Virus record (IMG/VR): IMGVR_UViG_3300037249_001368
Span: 96,001-160,000 of that record
Length of the DNA: 64,000 bases
Source: a virus
Taxonomy: Duplodnaviria; Caudoviricetes
Reading direction: 5' to 3' (one strand)
The notes beneath the pieces are model-generated. The model was not told the origin of the DNA, ran no database searches, and saw only the letters and a list, made by a program, of their open reading frames with translations. This document shows positions 1-9,655 of this stretch, piece by piece; the stretch's first letter is position 1, and each line of letters begins with the position of its first letter. A program made the position numbers and the translations under genes.

Positions 1-927
1 TATGGCAGAAACCCTGACGCAGTGATGAAAGACATCATCGCCAATATACTTCTTTGCACTTTCAATGATGGAGAATTTTGGGGTGGTGCTCGTTATTGGG
101 TTGGTGCTCGTCCCTCAAAATCATTAAATCTGTTCCAATGGATGAACTCAGATGACCCAAACAAAATTCTTCAAGGAGCATGGAACAGTCTTACATCTCT
201 CGTCCAAAAGAATTTCGGTACCAAAGAATCTAGATTGGAAACTCTTAAGAAAGTTCTGAAAGGTGGTATTCAAATGGCTATGGCTGGTATCCTGAATTTC
301 TTAGGAAGGCCAGGTATCCCCTATTCTAACTCATTACTGAGCGGTGCTCCTGTTGGTATGTGGCATCTGACAATCGGACATCCGATGAATCCTATCATGA
401 CGATAGGTAATTTAATCTGTACTGGTGTAGACATCAACTTCCCAGATGATTCATTATCATACGGTGATTTCCCAACATACTTTACAGCAACAGTAAAACT
501 GAAACCAGCAATGCCTCGTGATAGAGCAGGTATTGAAATGATGTTCAATCACGGTCAACAAAGAATTTATGTTCCTGCCGTCGCCAAAGTTTACAAAAAT
601 GAACAGGGTGATGGTCGTCACAGAGCCGAGCTTTGGGATTATGTCACGGGTGCAGTTGACAAATCAGCTAATTTCATTGGTAAAGTCGAAGACCGTGAAA
701 CTTACGAAACTCTTGCAACAGGTGTTTCTGATTTCTTCGGAGGAGTTAAAAACGCGGTTGCAGATGGAGCCAAACTTGCAGCAGACTCTGCTGGTGATGT
801 TTGGACCAGTACCAAGAAGGCTGCCACGGACGGCATCCAAACGATTACAACGCGGGGCGATTTAAGTAAAGTCAACCCGATTGAATATATAAGTAAATCA
901 AACACAGCAACCCCAACTAAAGAATAA
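1..927 (+). CDS. 5'-truncated probable baseplate/tail structural protein
   Basis: Frame is open from base 1. Segment WHLTIGHPMNP...GDFPTYFTATVKLKPAMPRD resembles tail-tube/baseplate-type proteins of large myophages (recollection, not searched). Confidence 0.35.
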   Translation, partial: YGRNPDAVMKDIIANILLCTFNDGEFWGGARYWVGARPSKSLNLFQWMNSDDPNKILQGAWNSLTSLVQKNFGTKESRLETLKKVLKGGIQMAMAGILNFLGRPGIPYSNSLLSGAPVGMWHLTIGHPMNPIMTIGNLICTGVDINFPDDSLSYGDFPTYFTATVKLKPAMPRDRAGIEMMFNHGQQRIYVPAVAKVYKNEQGDGRHRAELWDYVTGAVDKSANFIGKVEDRETYETLATGVSDFFGGVKNAVADGAKLAADSAGDVWTSTKKAATDGIQTITTRGDLSKVNPIEYISKSNTATPTKE

Positions 928-929
928 TC

Positions 930-1784
930 ATGGATTTGCTAAATAAACAGAAAGAGATGACCGTTGTCCTGTTCGAGTGCGTGAACAGGATAAATCTCTA
1001 TGAGAAGGAACATGGAAAACCTCGTAAAGAAACCGCTCTTTACGAGAGTTACATTGACACCCTTCACGCAGAGTACCAAACTATCAACGAAAGTGAAAAT
1101 ATCATCTCTCCGATAAAAATCAACAATCACAACAACATTTACGCATATCTGAACAAAGTCGTGAAGTTTTACGAAAGTGCAGATGAGGGTGTTGTGCATA
1201 ATCTGAACGAGTCTCTGAAAACAGTTGACAACAAGAAAAACAAGTACGACTTTGACGGATTTATTCAGTATGTCAAAGAGTATATCCAAACTATCGCTAA
1301 GGAAAACGACTTTGAAAGATTTGGTAAGAAAGTTATCAAAATCAAAGCGTCACTCAACAAACCCATCACAGTATGTGGATTCCCAATCAACAGATTTGAA
1401 GATTCTGACATTCAGGAAATAATTTTTGACAAAACCTACAACTACATCATTGTTGTAACCAAGACTCGTATCTTTGGTTACGACATTAACAATGATGATT
1501 ACACTCTGTTACTGAAGTTCTACGAAGACAAGATTTATGATGACGACTTGGCTTTCTTATCACAGAACTTAACCAACACCAAAGTAAATCTTTTCGACTT
1601 GTTGGTGAACACGATTCACAGAAACTTTATGAAAATCTATGTCCAACCAAAGAGTCTTGGATTAAAGTATACCGATAATCTTTACAAAGATGCAGCACAG
1701 AAAGCGTTCTTAGCCGACCAGCAAAAAGCCAAGAAGTTGGCTGAATCGAATGAAGTGCTACAGCAATTTTTCCATTTATCATAA
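930..1784 (+). CDS. Hypothetical protein, possible head-internal protein
   Basis: 284-aa ORF with repeated LYES/INES/FYES/LNES motifs resembling prohead-protease cleavage sites. Confidence 0.4.
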   Translation: MDLLNKQKEMTVVLFECVNRINLYEKEHGKPRKETALYESYIDTLHAEYQTINESENIISPIKINNHNNIYAYLNKVVKFYESADEGVVHNLNESLKTVDNKKNKYDFDGFIQYVKEYIQTIAKENDFERFGKKVIKIKASLNKPITVCGFPINRFEDSDIQEIIFDKTYNYIIVVTKTRIFGYDINNDDYTLLLKFYEDKIYDDDLAFLSQNLTNTKVNLFDLLVNTIHRNFMKIYVQPKSLGLKYTDNLYKDAAQKAFLADQQKAKKLAESNEVLQQFFHLS

Positions 1785-1828
1785 GAATCTAAGAATATAT
1801 TATTTTTCACCTCTAAACACATACTAAA

Positions 1829-2275
1829 ATGTTTGAAACAGTAAACACATTTTCTACCGTGATAGTCACGATTAGTTCTATCATCATAGCACTAACGACT
1901 ATTTTGGCTTTTTTCGGGAAGTTCCGAAAATGGCTTATCAATAAAATCGCTGCCGATGTAGATTTCACAAAAATCGACAAACGCAGTAAGATTTACAAAG
2001 ACCACGAAACCGTCTCTAAGATTGAGAAATTAATCGACGACGGGGTCTTTGATAATTTACAAAACAACCAGGCTCGAATAGAATCAGCACTCGATGAATT
2101 GAACATGTCAACCTTAAGAATCGAGATTGGACGGTTGTTAGACCACGAGCCACAAAACAAAGACCTGATTTACACCCTCTACGACCAATACAAAAACAAA
2201 GGCGGAAACTCATACATGCACGCTGAGATAAAAAAGTGGGAGCAAAAGTACGTCTTTGGTTCAGACAAACCGTGA
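1829..2275 (+). CDS. Putative holin-like membrane protein
   Basis: One N-terminal hydrophobic helix, a coiled coil and a C-terminal YxxYxxKGGNSY motif typical of phage lysis-associated proteins. Confidence 0.45.
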   Translation: MFETVNTFSTVIVTISSIIIALTTILAFFGKFRKWLINKIAADVDFTKIDKRSKIYKDHETVSKIEKLIDDGVFDNLQNNQARIESALDELNMSTLRIEIGRLLDHEPQNKDLIYTLYDQYKNKGGNSYMHAEIKKWEQKYVFGSDKP

Positions 2276-2315
2276 CACTAACATCTACAGAAATTTATCA
2301 TAACATCATAGAATC

Positions 2316-3047
2316 ATGAAACTTATCACAATCGACGGAATGAATATCGAGGTCCTCCTCGGGAAATATGTTCTGAGTAGCGACCAGTGGACAAACAGTC
2401 TAGACCAAGACTCAATCGCTGATGTCCTGAGAGACCGTTACTACAAGAAACTGACAAGGAAAATCAACAACATTCCCAACAAAGATACATTTATCGAGGC
2501 CAACATCAGTCATTTCTTTGAAGAGCATCCTGTTTGGGATTACTTCTTCAAAATTGATTTTGACACGATTCTTGACCAAGAACTCCCCGACTACATCAAG
2601 ACATTCAAGGAAGAGTTGGTGACCATGACCAACCATCTTATCGGAGACGTAAAAATCGCAAAATGGTACATGTCATCCTACGGCTCAACACTTGACCTGA
2701 AACTCACCTGTAAAGATAGCATCTATAAGGTCGCTGCCGAAACAATTCGCGAAGATGCTCAACTTTTCCAGTCTGTTATCAAAGGAAAAGTTTTCAACAA
2801 GAGCATGAAAGTCAGCAGAGTGTCATACAAAGATGCAGAGAGTTTCATCAGAGGTTGGACCAACAACGAAATCACCAACGAAGAATACATTGAACAATTC
2901 ATCAACCTGCTTTTCGCAATCAGGAGAACTGAGGTAACCGAGTTCTACCAAGACTTCTTCGTGACAGTCATGTCAAAAGTCGAGAGCAAAATCCTCAAAC
3001 TCATTGAACCTGATTTTGAAAAGTTCTTCGCTCAACTCTTATACTAA
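2316..3047 (+). CDS. Hypothetical protein (paralog of 3068-3685)
   Basis: 243-aa ORF, colinear similarity to the next ORF by eye. Confidence 0.6.
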   Translation: MKLITIDGMNIEVLLGKYVLSSDQWTNSLDQDSIADVLRDRYYKKLTRKINNIPNKDTFIEANISHFFEEHPVWDYFFKIDFDTILDQELPDYIKTFKEELVTMTNHLIGDVKIAKWYMSSYGSTLDLKLTCKDSIYKVAAETIREDAQLFQSVIKGKVFNKSMKVSRVSYKDAESFIRGWTNNEITNEEYIEQFINLLFAIRRTEVTEFYQDFFVTVMSKVESKILKLIEPDFEKFFAQLLY

Positions 3048-3067
3048 TCACAAACACCAGAAATATC

Positions 3068-3685
3068 ATGAAAAAATTTAAGTTAATCATAGACACTTCA
3101 GATTGGAAGGTTTTTGGTTTTGACGCGCTCTGTAACAAAGATTTCTATGCTTCTTTAGCAAGCCAAGAAATCATCAGTGGTGCTTTCCATGAGAAATACG
3201 ACAGAACCATTTCATCTGCCGCCAGTATGAAGCATCGTGACAACGCCAAACAGTACATTAACGAACAGTTTAATGACTTCTTCGGAAAACCCGAGGCAAC
3301 AGAAATTAAATGGAACGACATGCTGATTAAAACCATTCGTCAGTACATCTCGATTCATTACATCACCAGATACCTGAAGCCTTGGTTTATGAAGCAACTC
3401 GACACCATCGAAAACGTCCAACTGACCGACCTCATCATGGGTAGAGCACTGCCTCATTTTGAACTGACATTTACCCTGTCAGAAACCATCGACGAAGAGA
3501 CATTCATCGATTACATCAAGGGAATCGTTGGTTCATTCGACAATCCCGTGACAGAAGGTTTGGTTGTTGACCCCGAAAAGTTCCAAAGCATCTGTGCTGG
3601 TTTGCAAGAGATTCTTGTGAACGAAATGGTTAAGAACCTGAATCCTTCATTCACAAAATTCGTGAAGGGTTTCCTGAAATCTTAG
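3068..3685 (+). CDS. Hypothetical protein (paralog of 2316-3047)
   Basis: 205-aa ORF. Confidence 0.6.
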   Translation: MKKFKLIIDTSDWKVFGFDALCNKDFYASLASQEIISGAFHEKYDRTISSAASMKHRDNAKQYINEQFNDFFGKPEATEIKWNDMLIKTIRQYISIHYITRYLKPWFMKQLDTIENVQLTDLIMGRALPHFELTFTLSETIDEETFIDYIKGIVGSFDNPVTEGLVVDPEKFQSICAGLQEILVNEMVKNLNPSFTKFVKGFLKS

Positions 3686-3689
3686 GAAG

Positions 3690-4172
3690 ATGCCAATCGA
3701 CAAGAGCCACATTGGGATTACAACTCGGAAACAAAAACCCCAAGGTAGAGGTTACCATTACAAACAAGGCCATTTTGAGGACTATTTCAAACCTCAAAAA
3801 TACTACGGGGAATATCCGATAATTTTCCGTTCCGAACTTGAGTTTAAGTACATGGTTTCATTGGAGCGGAATCCCAATGTGGAGCGCTGGTCGTCGGAAA
3901 AGATTGTTATACCTTATTTCATGAAAGAAAAAATCAATGGAAAGGTCGTTGAAAAGAAACATGACTATTTCACTGATTTTGTCGTACACATGAAATCAGG
4001 TTCAATCTATGTTATAGAAGTCAAACCATACGCTCAGTGCCCTCGCTACAAAAACCAGATTGCGAATGACCCAGTTATATACAAAAATGCTTGCAAGTGG
4101 AACGCAGCTATAAACTGGTGTAAACAGAATGGAATGATTTTTAAGGTGGTTACCGAAAAAGACATTCACTGA
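3690..4172 (+). CDS. Head completion nuclease, T4 gp4-like (TnsA-like PD-(D/E)xK)
   Basis: Motifs FRSELE, WSSEKIVIPY, YFTDF, IEVKP, KWNAA..WC, TEKD. Confidence 0.85.
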   Translation: MPIDKSHIGITTRKQKPQGRGYHYKQGHFEDYFKPQKYYGEYPIIFRSELEFKYMVSLERNPNVERWSSEKIVIPYFMKEKINGKVVEKKHDYFTDFVVHMKSGSIYVIEVKPYAQCPRYKNQIANDPVIYKNACKWNAAINWCKQNGMIFKVVTEKDIH

Positions 4173-4215
4173 CTGAGTAATAAATACTTATTCCTAATCA
4201 TAAAAATTCATAATC

Positions 4216-4797
4216 ATGTACGAAGCCCTAAAACAGACTATCAGTCAAAAAATAAACGACAATACTAACAAGGAAATTACTCCTGCCAAAGTGCGTGAAG
4301 CCCTGAACGCGATGGTTGATTCACTCGGCGCAAATTCCCAATTCGCCGGCGTTGCTACCACGTCAACCAATCCAGGAACTCCTGAACAGAAAGTGTTCTA
4401 TGTTTTCGCCAACGAAACCAATGCCGCTGTTCAGTTGAGCAACTTTGGTAACGTGAACGCTCCCGCCAACTCATTCTCAATCATCAGCAATGCCACTGGT
4501 TCTTGGGTTCTGACGACTTTACCAGTCGAACTTACATCTAAACAATCAGTGGTTCCTGTCAGAATAGAGACAAACGACTGGAACGAGAATGTCGCTGAAG
4601 TCAGTGTATCAGGCGTAATCGCCGACGACGATGCCCAAATGGTTCAAATCGTTCCCAAACCCGCCTCAGCTGAAGACTTCGCCGATGCAGGTGTTGTTTG
4701 TACGACGCAATCCAACGGCAGTCTGTCGTTCTCATGCACACAAACACCAGAAGCAGACATCGAGTTGTATGCGGTGCTCACCAAAATATCTCTTTAA
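4216..4797 (+). CDS. Tail fibre-associated protein
   Basis: N-terminus NxNKEIT...FAGVATTSTNPGTPEQKVFY resembles the N-terminal module of Bacteroidales phage tail-fibre proteins. Confidence 0.5.
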   Translation: MYEALKQTISQKINDNTNKEITPAKVREALNAMVDSLGANSQFAGVATTSTNPGTPEQKVFYVFANETNAAVQLSNFGNVNAPANSFSIISNATGSWVLTTLPVELTSKQSVVPVRIETNDWNENVAEVSVSGVIADDDAQMVQIVPKPASAEDFADAGVVCTTQSNGSLSFSCTQTPEADIELYAVLTKISL

Positions 4798-4820
4798 GTA
4801 ATCACTAAAAATCTGAAATC

Positions 4821-5444
4821 ATGGCATCACATAAAATGAAATATCTGGTCATTCACTGCACGGCTTCACCGCTGACTGATGCCGTGACACCAGATTTAAT
4901 CTGTCAATTACATATCGGACCTAAGAACAACGGTGACGGAACTTATCTGTTTAAGTCAAAGACTTACACCAAAAAACAGATGGAAAACAAAGTCATCAAG
5001 TTATGGTCAGGTGCAAAGATTAAGGCTTTATCAGCCAACGGAAGAGGATGGCGTCAGGTTGGTTACTCTGACATGATTAACAGCAAAGGCCAGCTGATTA
5101 ACTTGGTGCCATACTCTTTTGACGAAGTTTTGAACTCGTACGAAGTCACCAATGGTGCTGCAGGTTATAATTCTGTTTCTCGTCATGTGGTTTTAGCGGG
5201 TGGTTACATCCAAAGAAACGGTGTATGGATTAAGAACGGAAAAGACCCCAAAACAGGTCTTTACTTACAACCTGAAGAACTTTACACCGAGGATATGATG
5301 CGTACCTTGAGAGCATACATCGAGATGCAACTCAGAATGGTTCCTTCATTAATAGTTGTCGGTCACAATCAGTTGACCAACCAAAAAACTTGCCCAAACT
5401 TTGACGTCAGAAAATACTTAGAAAGAGAGGGACTTCTGAAATGA
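4821..5444 (+). CDS. N-acetylmuramoyl-L-alanine amidase (Amidase_2/T7 lysozyme-like endolysin)
   Basis: LVIHCTA, GWRQVGY, GHNQL and KTCPNFDV give the His/His/Cys zinc ligands. Confidence 0.85.
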   Translation: MASHKMKYLVIHCTASPLTDAVTPDLICQLHIGPKNNGDGTYLFKSKTYTKKQMENKVIKLWSGAKIKALSANGRGWRQVGYSDMINSKGQLINLVPYSFDEVLNSYEVTNGAAGYNSVSRHVVLAGGYIQRNGVWIKNGKDPKTGLYLQPEELYTEDMMRTLRAYIEMQLRMVPSLIVVGHNQLTNQKTCPNFDVRKYLEREGLLK

Positions 5445-6391
5445 AACACATATTCCAATCAATAAACCTCCACGGAAACATCATCACTGATGGTGGTTCG
5501 ACTTGGCCAACCGAGAACAAACACATAGCCAATAAGGAGTATGTCGACCGTAAATTTGCCGAAGCAACTGGCACTGACTTTTTCAAGGAAGGTGAGGTGA
5601 CAGGGCAATTCTTCATCAGAAACACCAATCCTTATAAGTTAGGTCCTATCGAACGCAACAACGGTTGGGAAGCATTTGTTTTAACTACAACTGTCTTTAA
5701 CAATAGACCTAATGATACCACACCGACCGTAAGTATGCAGATTGGTGAAACCACAATTAGTTTCACCAACGTCGATGCCACTGCTTCTGATTATGGATTT
5801 ACGCTTGGTGTCAACCAACATTTATATCGTTACCTCTGTAACAGTGCCATTGGGACAGGGTATATTGGTAATGATTCAGTTGTGACTATTGAACAACTTT
5901 TCTCGTATGTAGAAATCGGGGAAGACAGTTATGAGGAAGCAACCGTTACCACCACAGACACACTCAACGGTTTAATGTTCAAGTTCGTCCCTGTGATTTC
6001 AACTTGGTTTGATAAGGAACTTGAGGAGTTGGATGACGAATTTGAATATCCGTATATCACCGAGTTAGGAATTGCTTCGACAACGGCACAAAACATCAAT
6101 GTCAAGTCTTTAACGACTTTGGACAACGGGACTCCGATACCCCAAAACTACTACATTGTGATTCCCGAAAACGATTATCTGCCTAATAACAATTCCCTGA
6201 TTGGTTTTTATTATTGGTTTAAGGATAATGAAACCAACGAATGTGTATCAGAAAAGACATTCCTTGACATCAGCGATGCTCAGCGAGTCACATGGCTTGA
6301 TGTTGATTGTGATGTTCTGTTTTTCAATTTTGGATATATAGACGTTCCAAACAATCAGTTATCATTAGTCGTTGACTCCATATTTTATTAA
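5441..6391 (+). CDS. Probable virion/tail-fibre-like protein
   Basis: ANKEYVD tail-fibre-type repeat; acidic, beta-rich. Confidence 0.4.
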   Translation: MKHIFQSINLHGNIITDGGSTWPTENKHIANKEYVDRKFAEATGTDFFKEGEVTGQFFIRNTNPYKLGPIERNNGWEAFVLTTTVFNNRPNDTTPTVSMQIGETTISFTNVDATASDYGFTLGVNQHLYRYLCNSAIGTGYIGNDSVVTIEQLFSYVEIGEDSYEEATVTTTDTLNGLMFKFVPVISTWFDKELEELDDEFEYPYITELGIASTTAQNINVKSLTTLDNGTPIPQNYYIVIPENDYLPNNNSLIGFYYWFKDNETNECVSEKTFLDISDAQRVTWLDVDCDVLFFNFGYIDVPNNQLSLVVDSIFY

Positions 6392-6394
6392 AGC

Positions 6395-7402
6395 ATGTTC
6401 ACCTATTTTGCCAAAGCATTTAAGAGAACTAAAGCAGTTCCGATTGACGCACATTTCATAATCGCTGACATAGCGGGTGTAGACCGATATATACCAATAT
6501 CTCTCAGATACGAGGGTATGGTATTTTACACTTTGGCAGAAAAAGCCTACTATCATATAGACCAAGCACTGCAGCCAGTAATGTTCAGTCGTGGTGGAGG
6601 CAGTTCAGGTGAAGGAGGTGTCATTGTTTGGAATGTCAGGGATGCTAACAACTACCTCAATTACACAGAACTCTATTACACATTAAAAGCTTACCCCGCC
6701 GGCTCAATCGTAAGAGTAGAACCGTTAGGTGTGAACTTTTTGGTGGAAGCATCATCAGATGGAAACACTGTCAGAATTGACCCGAACACCAAAGAAATAC
6801 ATTTTGAGTTGTATGACATCGGTGGAAGCAAAGGTGTTGAGATTGAATCATTCCTGATTTGGTCAGAACTTCCCGAGAACGCTGATTTGTACGCCGACAA
6901 CATAATGGATGGCGGTACAACAACCCCAAATGAAGAAGTATTCAGGATTACCGACGGTGTCATTCATGATTACATCCCCGAAATCACCGAAGTAACCACC
7001 TACTACCAAGGTCGTTTCTACAAAAATGGTGATGTTCTGTATTTGTGTAATGGAACCAGTCAGGGCAGAGATTCATTAATCACAATCGCCAGCAGTGGTG
7101 GAGGTGGCGGTGGAGGCGGAACCACCAATTATATTTTGTGGCCGCAAACATCACTTGTAATCAGTGACTCAGTCACGACTCCCTACGTACATCTGAAGGA
7201 TGACACCAAAAATAATATCACAACTGGTACCATTGGTAGAATCATAAGCGAGTTATACGGTATTGTTCATGAATCAACTCAGACAGCAACCATCGTAGAA
7301 ATGAGCTTCATCAACAAGGTACCAGAAAATTCAAACAGTTCAGTAATCGTCCAAAGTCGTTACAATACGGTGATGGACTTAATTGGAATATACTATGGCT
7401 AA
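6395..7402 (+). CDS. Probable virion/tail-associated protein
   Basis: PIDAHF...RYEGMVFY N-terminal module and two glycine-run linkers. Confidence 0.4.
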   Translation: MFTYFAKAFKRTKAVPIDAHFIIADIAGVDRYIPISLRYEGMVFYTLAEKAYYHIDQALQPVMFSRGGGSSGEGGVIVWNVRDANNYLNYTELYYTLKAYPAGSIVRVEPLGVNFLVEASSDGNTVRIDPNTKEIHFELYDIGGSKGVEIESFLIWSELPENADLYADNIMDGGTTTPNEEVFRITDGVIHDYIPEITEVTTYYQGRFYKNGDVLYLCNGTSQGRDSLITIASSGGGGGGGGTTNYILWPQTSLVISDSVTTPYVHLKDDTKNNITTGTIGRIISELYGIVHESTQTATIVEMSFINKVPENSNSSVIVQSRYNTVMDLIGIYYG

Positions 7403-7517
7403 AGAAAAAACCGAAGGAAAAGTGGTAAACCTGTTCGAGGACAATGGCAACTTCCATGACGAAGACGCCTTACAAAAGTCATACGAAAGGATGCCTGAAT
7501 CTGACAAGCGTCAGTAA
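7395..7517 (+). CDS. Small 40-aa ORF (MAKEKTEGKVVNLFED...), not in the ORF track
   Basis: ATG overlaps the end of the upstream gene; open frame to TAA at 7515-7517. Confidence 0.55.
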   Translation: MAKEKTEGKVVNLFEDNGNFHDEDALQKSYERMPESDKRQ

Positions 7518-7604
7518 TTTGCAACGAGAGAAGTAAAGATTTTTTGCTTTCATAAAGATTTGATTTTAAGGTTTTCGGAGGCCCGTGGAAACACGGGCCG
7601 AAGG

Positions 7605-7675
7605 TGCCTGATGGTGTAATGGCAGCACGACAGATTTTGGTTCTGTTTGTGGAGGTTCGAATCCTCCTCGGGCAA
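7605..7675 (+). tRNA. tRNA-Gln (anticodon TTG), CCA not encoded
   Basis: Acceptor stem TGCCTGA/TCGGGCA, D arm with TAATGG, anticodon arm ACAGA-TTTTGGT-TCTGT, T arm GGAGG-TTCGAAT-CCTCC. Confidence 0.95.
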
Positions 7676-7682
7676 CGTTTTT

Positions 7683-7990
7683 AGGGGTGTCGTTGCGAGA
7701 CGGCATCCCGCCTCTTATATCAGAAGAGAGTCCTGTTCTGCGTCCTTCGTCGGCGAACACCAAGACGGGTGTCAGGCCATCTACCGATGATATGTTCCGT
7801 GGTTAGCATTTCTTCCACAGAAATTAGTCATTGGTGGACGTTCAAAGTCCTAAGATTTGTAGTAACAAAGTCATTGACTTGTCGAGGGATTCGCGATAAC
7901 TCGGTTCACACTTCTTTGACAAAGGCTGGGGTTGGTAACCAAATAACCTACCTAACACGGGGAGGCTGCTAAAAACAGCTTCCCCGTTTT
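7683..7990 (+). ncRNA. Candidate structured non-coding RNA downstream of the tRNA
   Basis: GC-richer tract with no credible ORF, several hairpins and a multibranch stem, ending at a terminator. Confidence 0.5.
7957..7990 (+). terminator. Intrinsic terminator
   Basis: ACGGGGAGGCTG/CAGCTTCCCCGT stem followed by TTT. Confidence 0.75.
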
Positions 7991-8021
7991 GCTGATAACA
8001 ATCAAGTATTTTTATTTGTCT

Positions 8022-8051
8022 GCCTAAGAATAAAACTCAGATTGGTTTTAT
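8022..8051 (+). promoter_or_regulatory. Phage promoter-like motif GCCTAA-N16-GGTTTTAT
   Basis: One of 11 copies with a 16-nt spacer; upstream of the polB N-half. Confidence 0.7.
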
Positions 8052-8074
8052 AAAGTATTAGAAAATTCCCATCT

Positions 8075-9637
8075 ATGCTTATAGATTTCATACAAAACCA
8101 AAACTCTGTTGAATTTAGTTATGTAAATAACAAGGGTTATATCGAAGTCGAGGAACTGTTTATGGAGCCAAACTCTCCAAACGGTTTTTATCAGATAATG
8201 GAGACAACCGAGGACGACCCCGATAAACTACAGAACTTATCTTCATTCAGAGGAAGTCCGTTGAAAAAGGAAATAGCCAAGTCCTTCAGAAAACTTAATC
8301 AGAACGAGTTCATCAATGTAACACTCAAGGAACTTAATCCAGAGCTTTATGAAAAGATTAATTGGTTGAGAGAGCCAAAAATCTATTCAATCGACATTGA
8401 AACACAAATCACTGACGAGTATGGATATTCTGATGAAGACCATGCAGATAACGAGATTATTTCCATTTCGATAACCAATGAAAATCTGAATACGATTCTA
8501 TTCATTGTCAAGAATCCTAAGGAACCGCTTAAGGAACTTCCGATAAAGAGCAAAAACTACATTGAGTCTTTGTTAGAAGCTCAACTAGGAAAATACTACA
8601 ACATGGCTGGTCCTAATCAGAACCAACCTTGTGCTTTTTCGATACAGGAATTTGATACTGAAGCGGATATGTTGGTTGCGTTTGTCGCAGCAGTCCAAAA
8701 ATATTTCCACATGATTATTGGTTGGAATATTTTTGGTTATGACTTGAAATACATTTTTAAGCGCTGTGATAAGTTAGGTATTGATTACAAGAAAATGAGT
8801 CCTGTCAATGCCTTAGCACCTGAGAAGAAGTCAATCAACTTGGCACTCGAAGTTCCGCTGAAATATCCAAGACACAGATTAGCAGCAGATTATATGAGGA
8901 TATTCAAGGCATCTGAAACTTTCAGAAACCTTGATTCATATTCTCTCGATAATGTTTCCCACGTAGTTCTTGAATTGGGAAAGGTAACTTACGAAGGGAA
9001 TCTACGAAAGTTATATGAAGATGATTATCTTAAGTTTGTTGCTTATGCGTTGGTTGATACCATATTGGTAATGCTGCTTCATCTACAAACAAATCTTCTC
9101 AGCACATATTTCTTCCAAAGTTATTATAACTCATTGCCTTATATGCGTCTCAATCAAAATCCTATATCTGAGGCGTTGATTTACAGGGAATTGAGGAGAA
9201 AGAATTTGTTCATTGTAGAATCAGAGTATCCCAAAAAGGTTTATAACTCATATCCAGGAGGTTTTGTAAAACTTCCAACCGTCCACGAAGTGTTAGCAGC
9301 TATGGGTATTGACTTTAACTCACTGTACCCAAATGCTATGATTAGTTGTTATCTTTCGTTTGACAACAAGTTTGATGACACAATTAAGATGGATGAGTTT
9401 GGTAAACCAATCAATGAGTTTAACCGAGCAAAGTTTGAGAAGTATAAATCTATGGGCTACTGTATAACCCCGATGGGAAGAATTTACAAAGCAGATGAAA
9501 ATAATATATACACCCAAATAGAAAAAAATCTTCTTGCCGAGCGTAAAATCTACAAAAAAGCGAAGGAGGATATTTACATGAATATTATACCTTCGATTGA
9601 GGCAGAGATTGAAAGAAGAAAGACATTAAAAGTTTAA
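8075..9637 (+). CDS. DNA polymerase family B, N-terminal subunit (3'-5' exonuclease + motif A), gp43A-like
   Basis: SIDIET, GWNIFGYD, YSLDNV, YALVD, YPGGFV, DFNSLYP, LLAERK; the ORF ends in the fingers helix. Confidence 0.92.
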   Translation: MLIDFIQNQNSVEFSYVNNKGYIEVEELFMEPNSPNGFYQIMETTEDDPDKLQNLSSFRGSPLKKEIAKSFRKLNQNEFINVTLKELNPELYEKINWLREPKIYSIDIETQITDEYGYSDEDHADNEIISISITNENLNTILFIVKNPKEPLKELPIKSKNYIESLLEAQLGKYYNMAGPNQNQPCAFSIQEFDTEADMLVAFVAAVQKYFHMIIGWNIFGYDLKYIFKRCDKLGIDYKKMSPVNALAPEKKSINLALEVPLKYPRHRLAADYMRIFKASETFRNLDSYSLDNVSHVVLELGKVTYEGNLRKLYEDDYLKFVAYALVDTILVMLLHLQTNLLSTYFFQSYYNSLPYMRLNQNPISEALIYRELRRKNLFIVESEYPKKVYNSYPGGFVKLPTVHEVLAAMGIDFNSLYPNAMISCYLSFDNKFDDTIKMDEFGKPINEFNRAKFEKYKSMGYCITPMGRIYKADENNIYTQIEKNLLAERKIYKKAKEDIYMNIIPSIEAEIERRKTLKV

Positions 9638-9655
9638 TATCAAAAATTTACAGAC

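Noticed and set aside
7720-7935. RNase P, tmRNA, hammerhead or theta-ribozyme identity for the ncRNA
   Set aside because: Only fragments match (GAAGAGAGTCC, CCACAGAAA, CCGATGA...GAAA, GCGTCCTTCGTCG). I could not build the required helices, tag reading frame or 3' motifs.
7566-7972. ORFs 7566-7763(-) and 7769-7972(+)
   Set aside because: They overlap the tRNA and structured tract; GGFEPP is just the antisense T arm.
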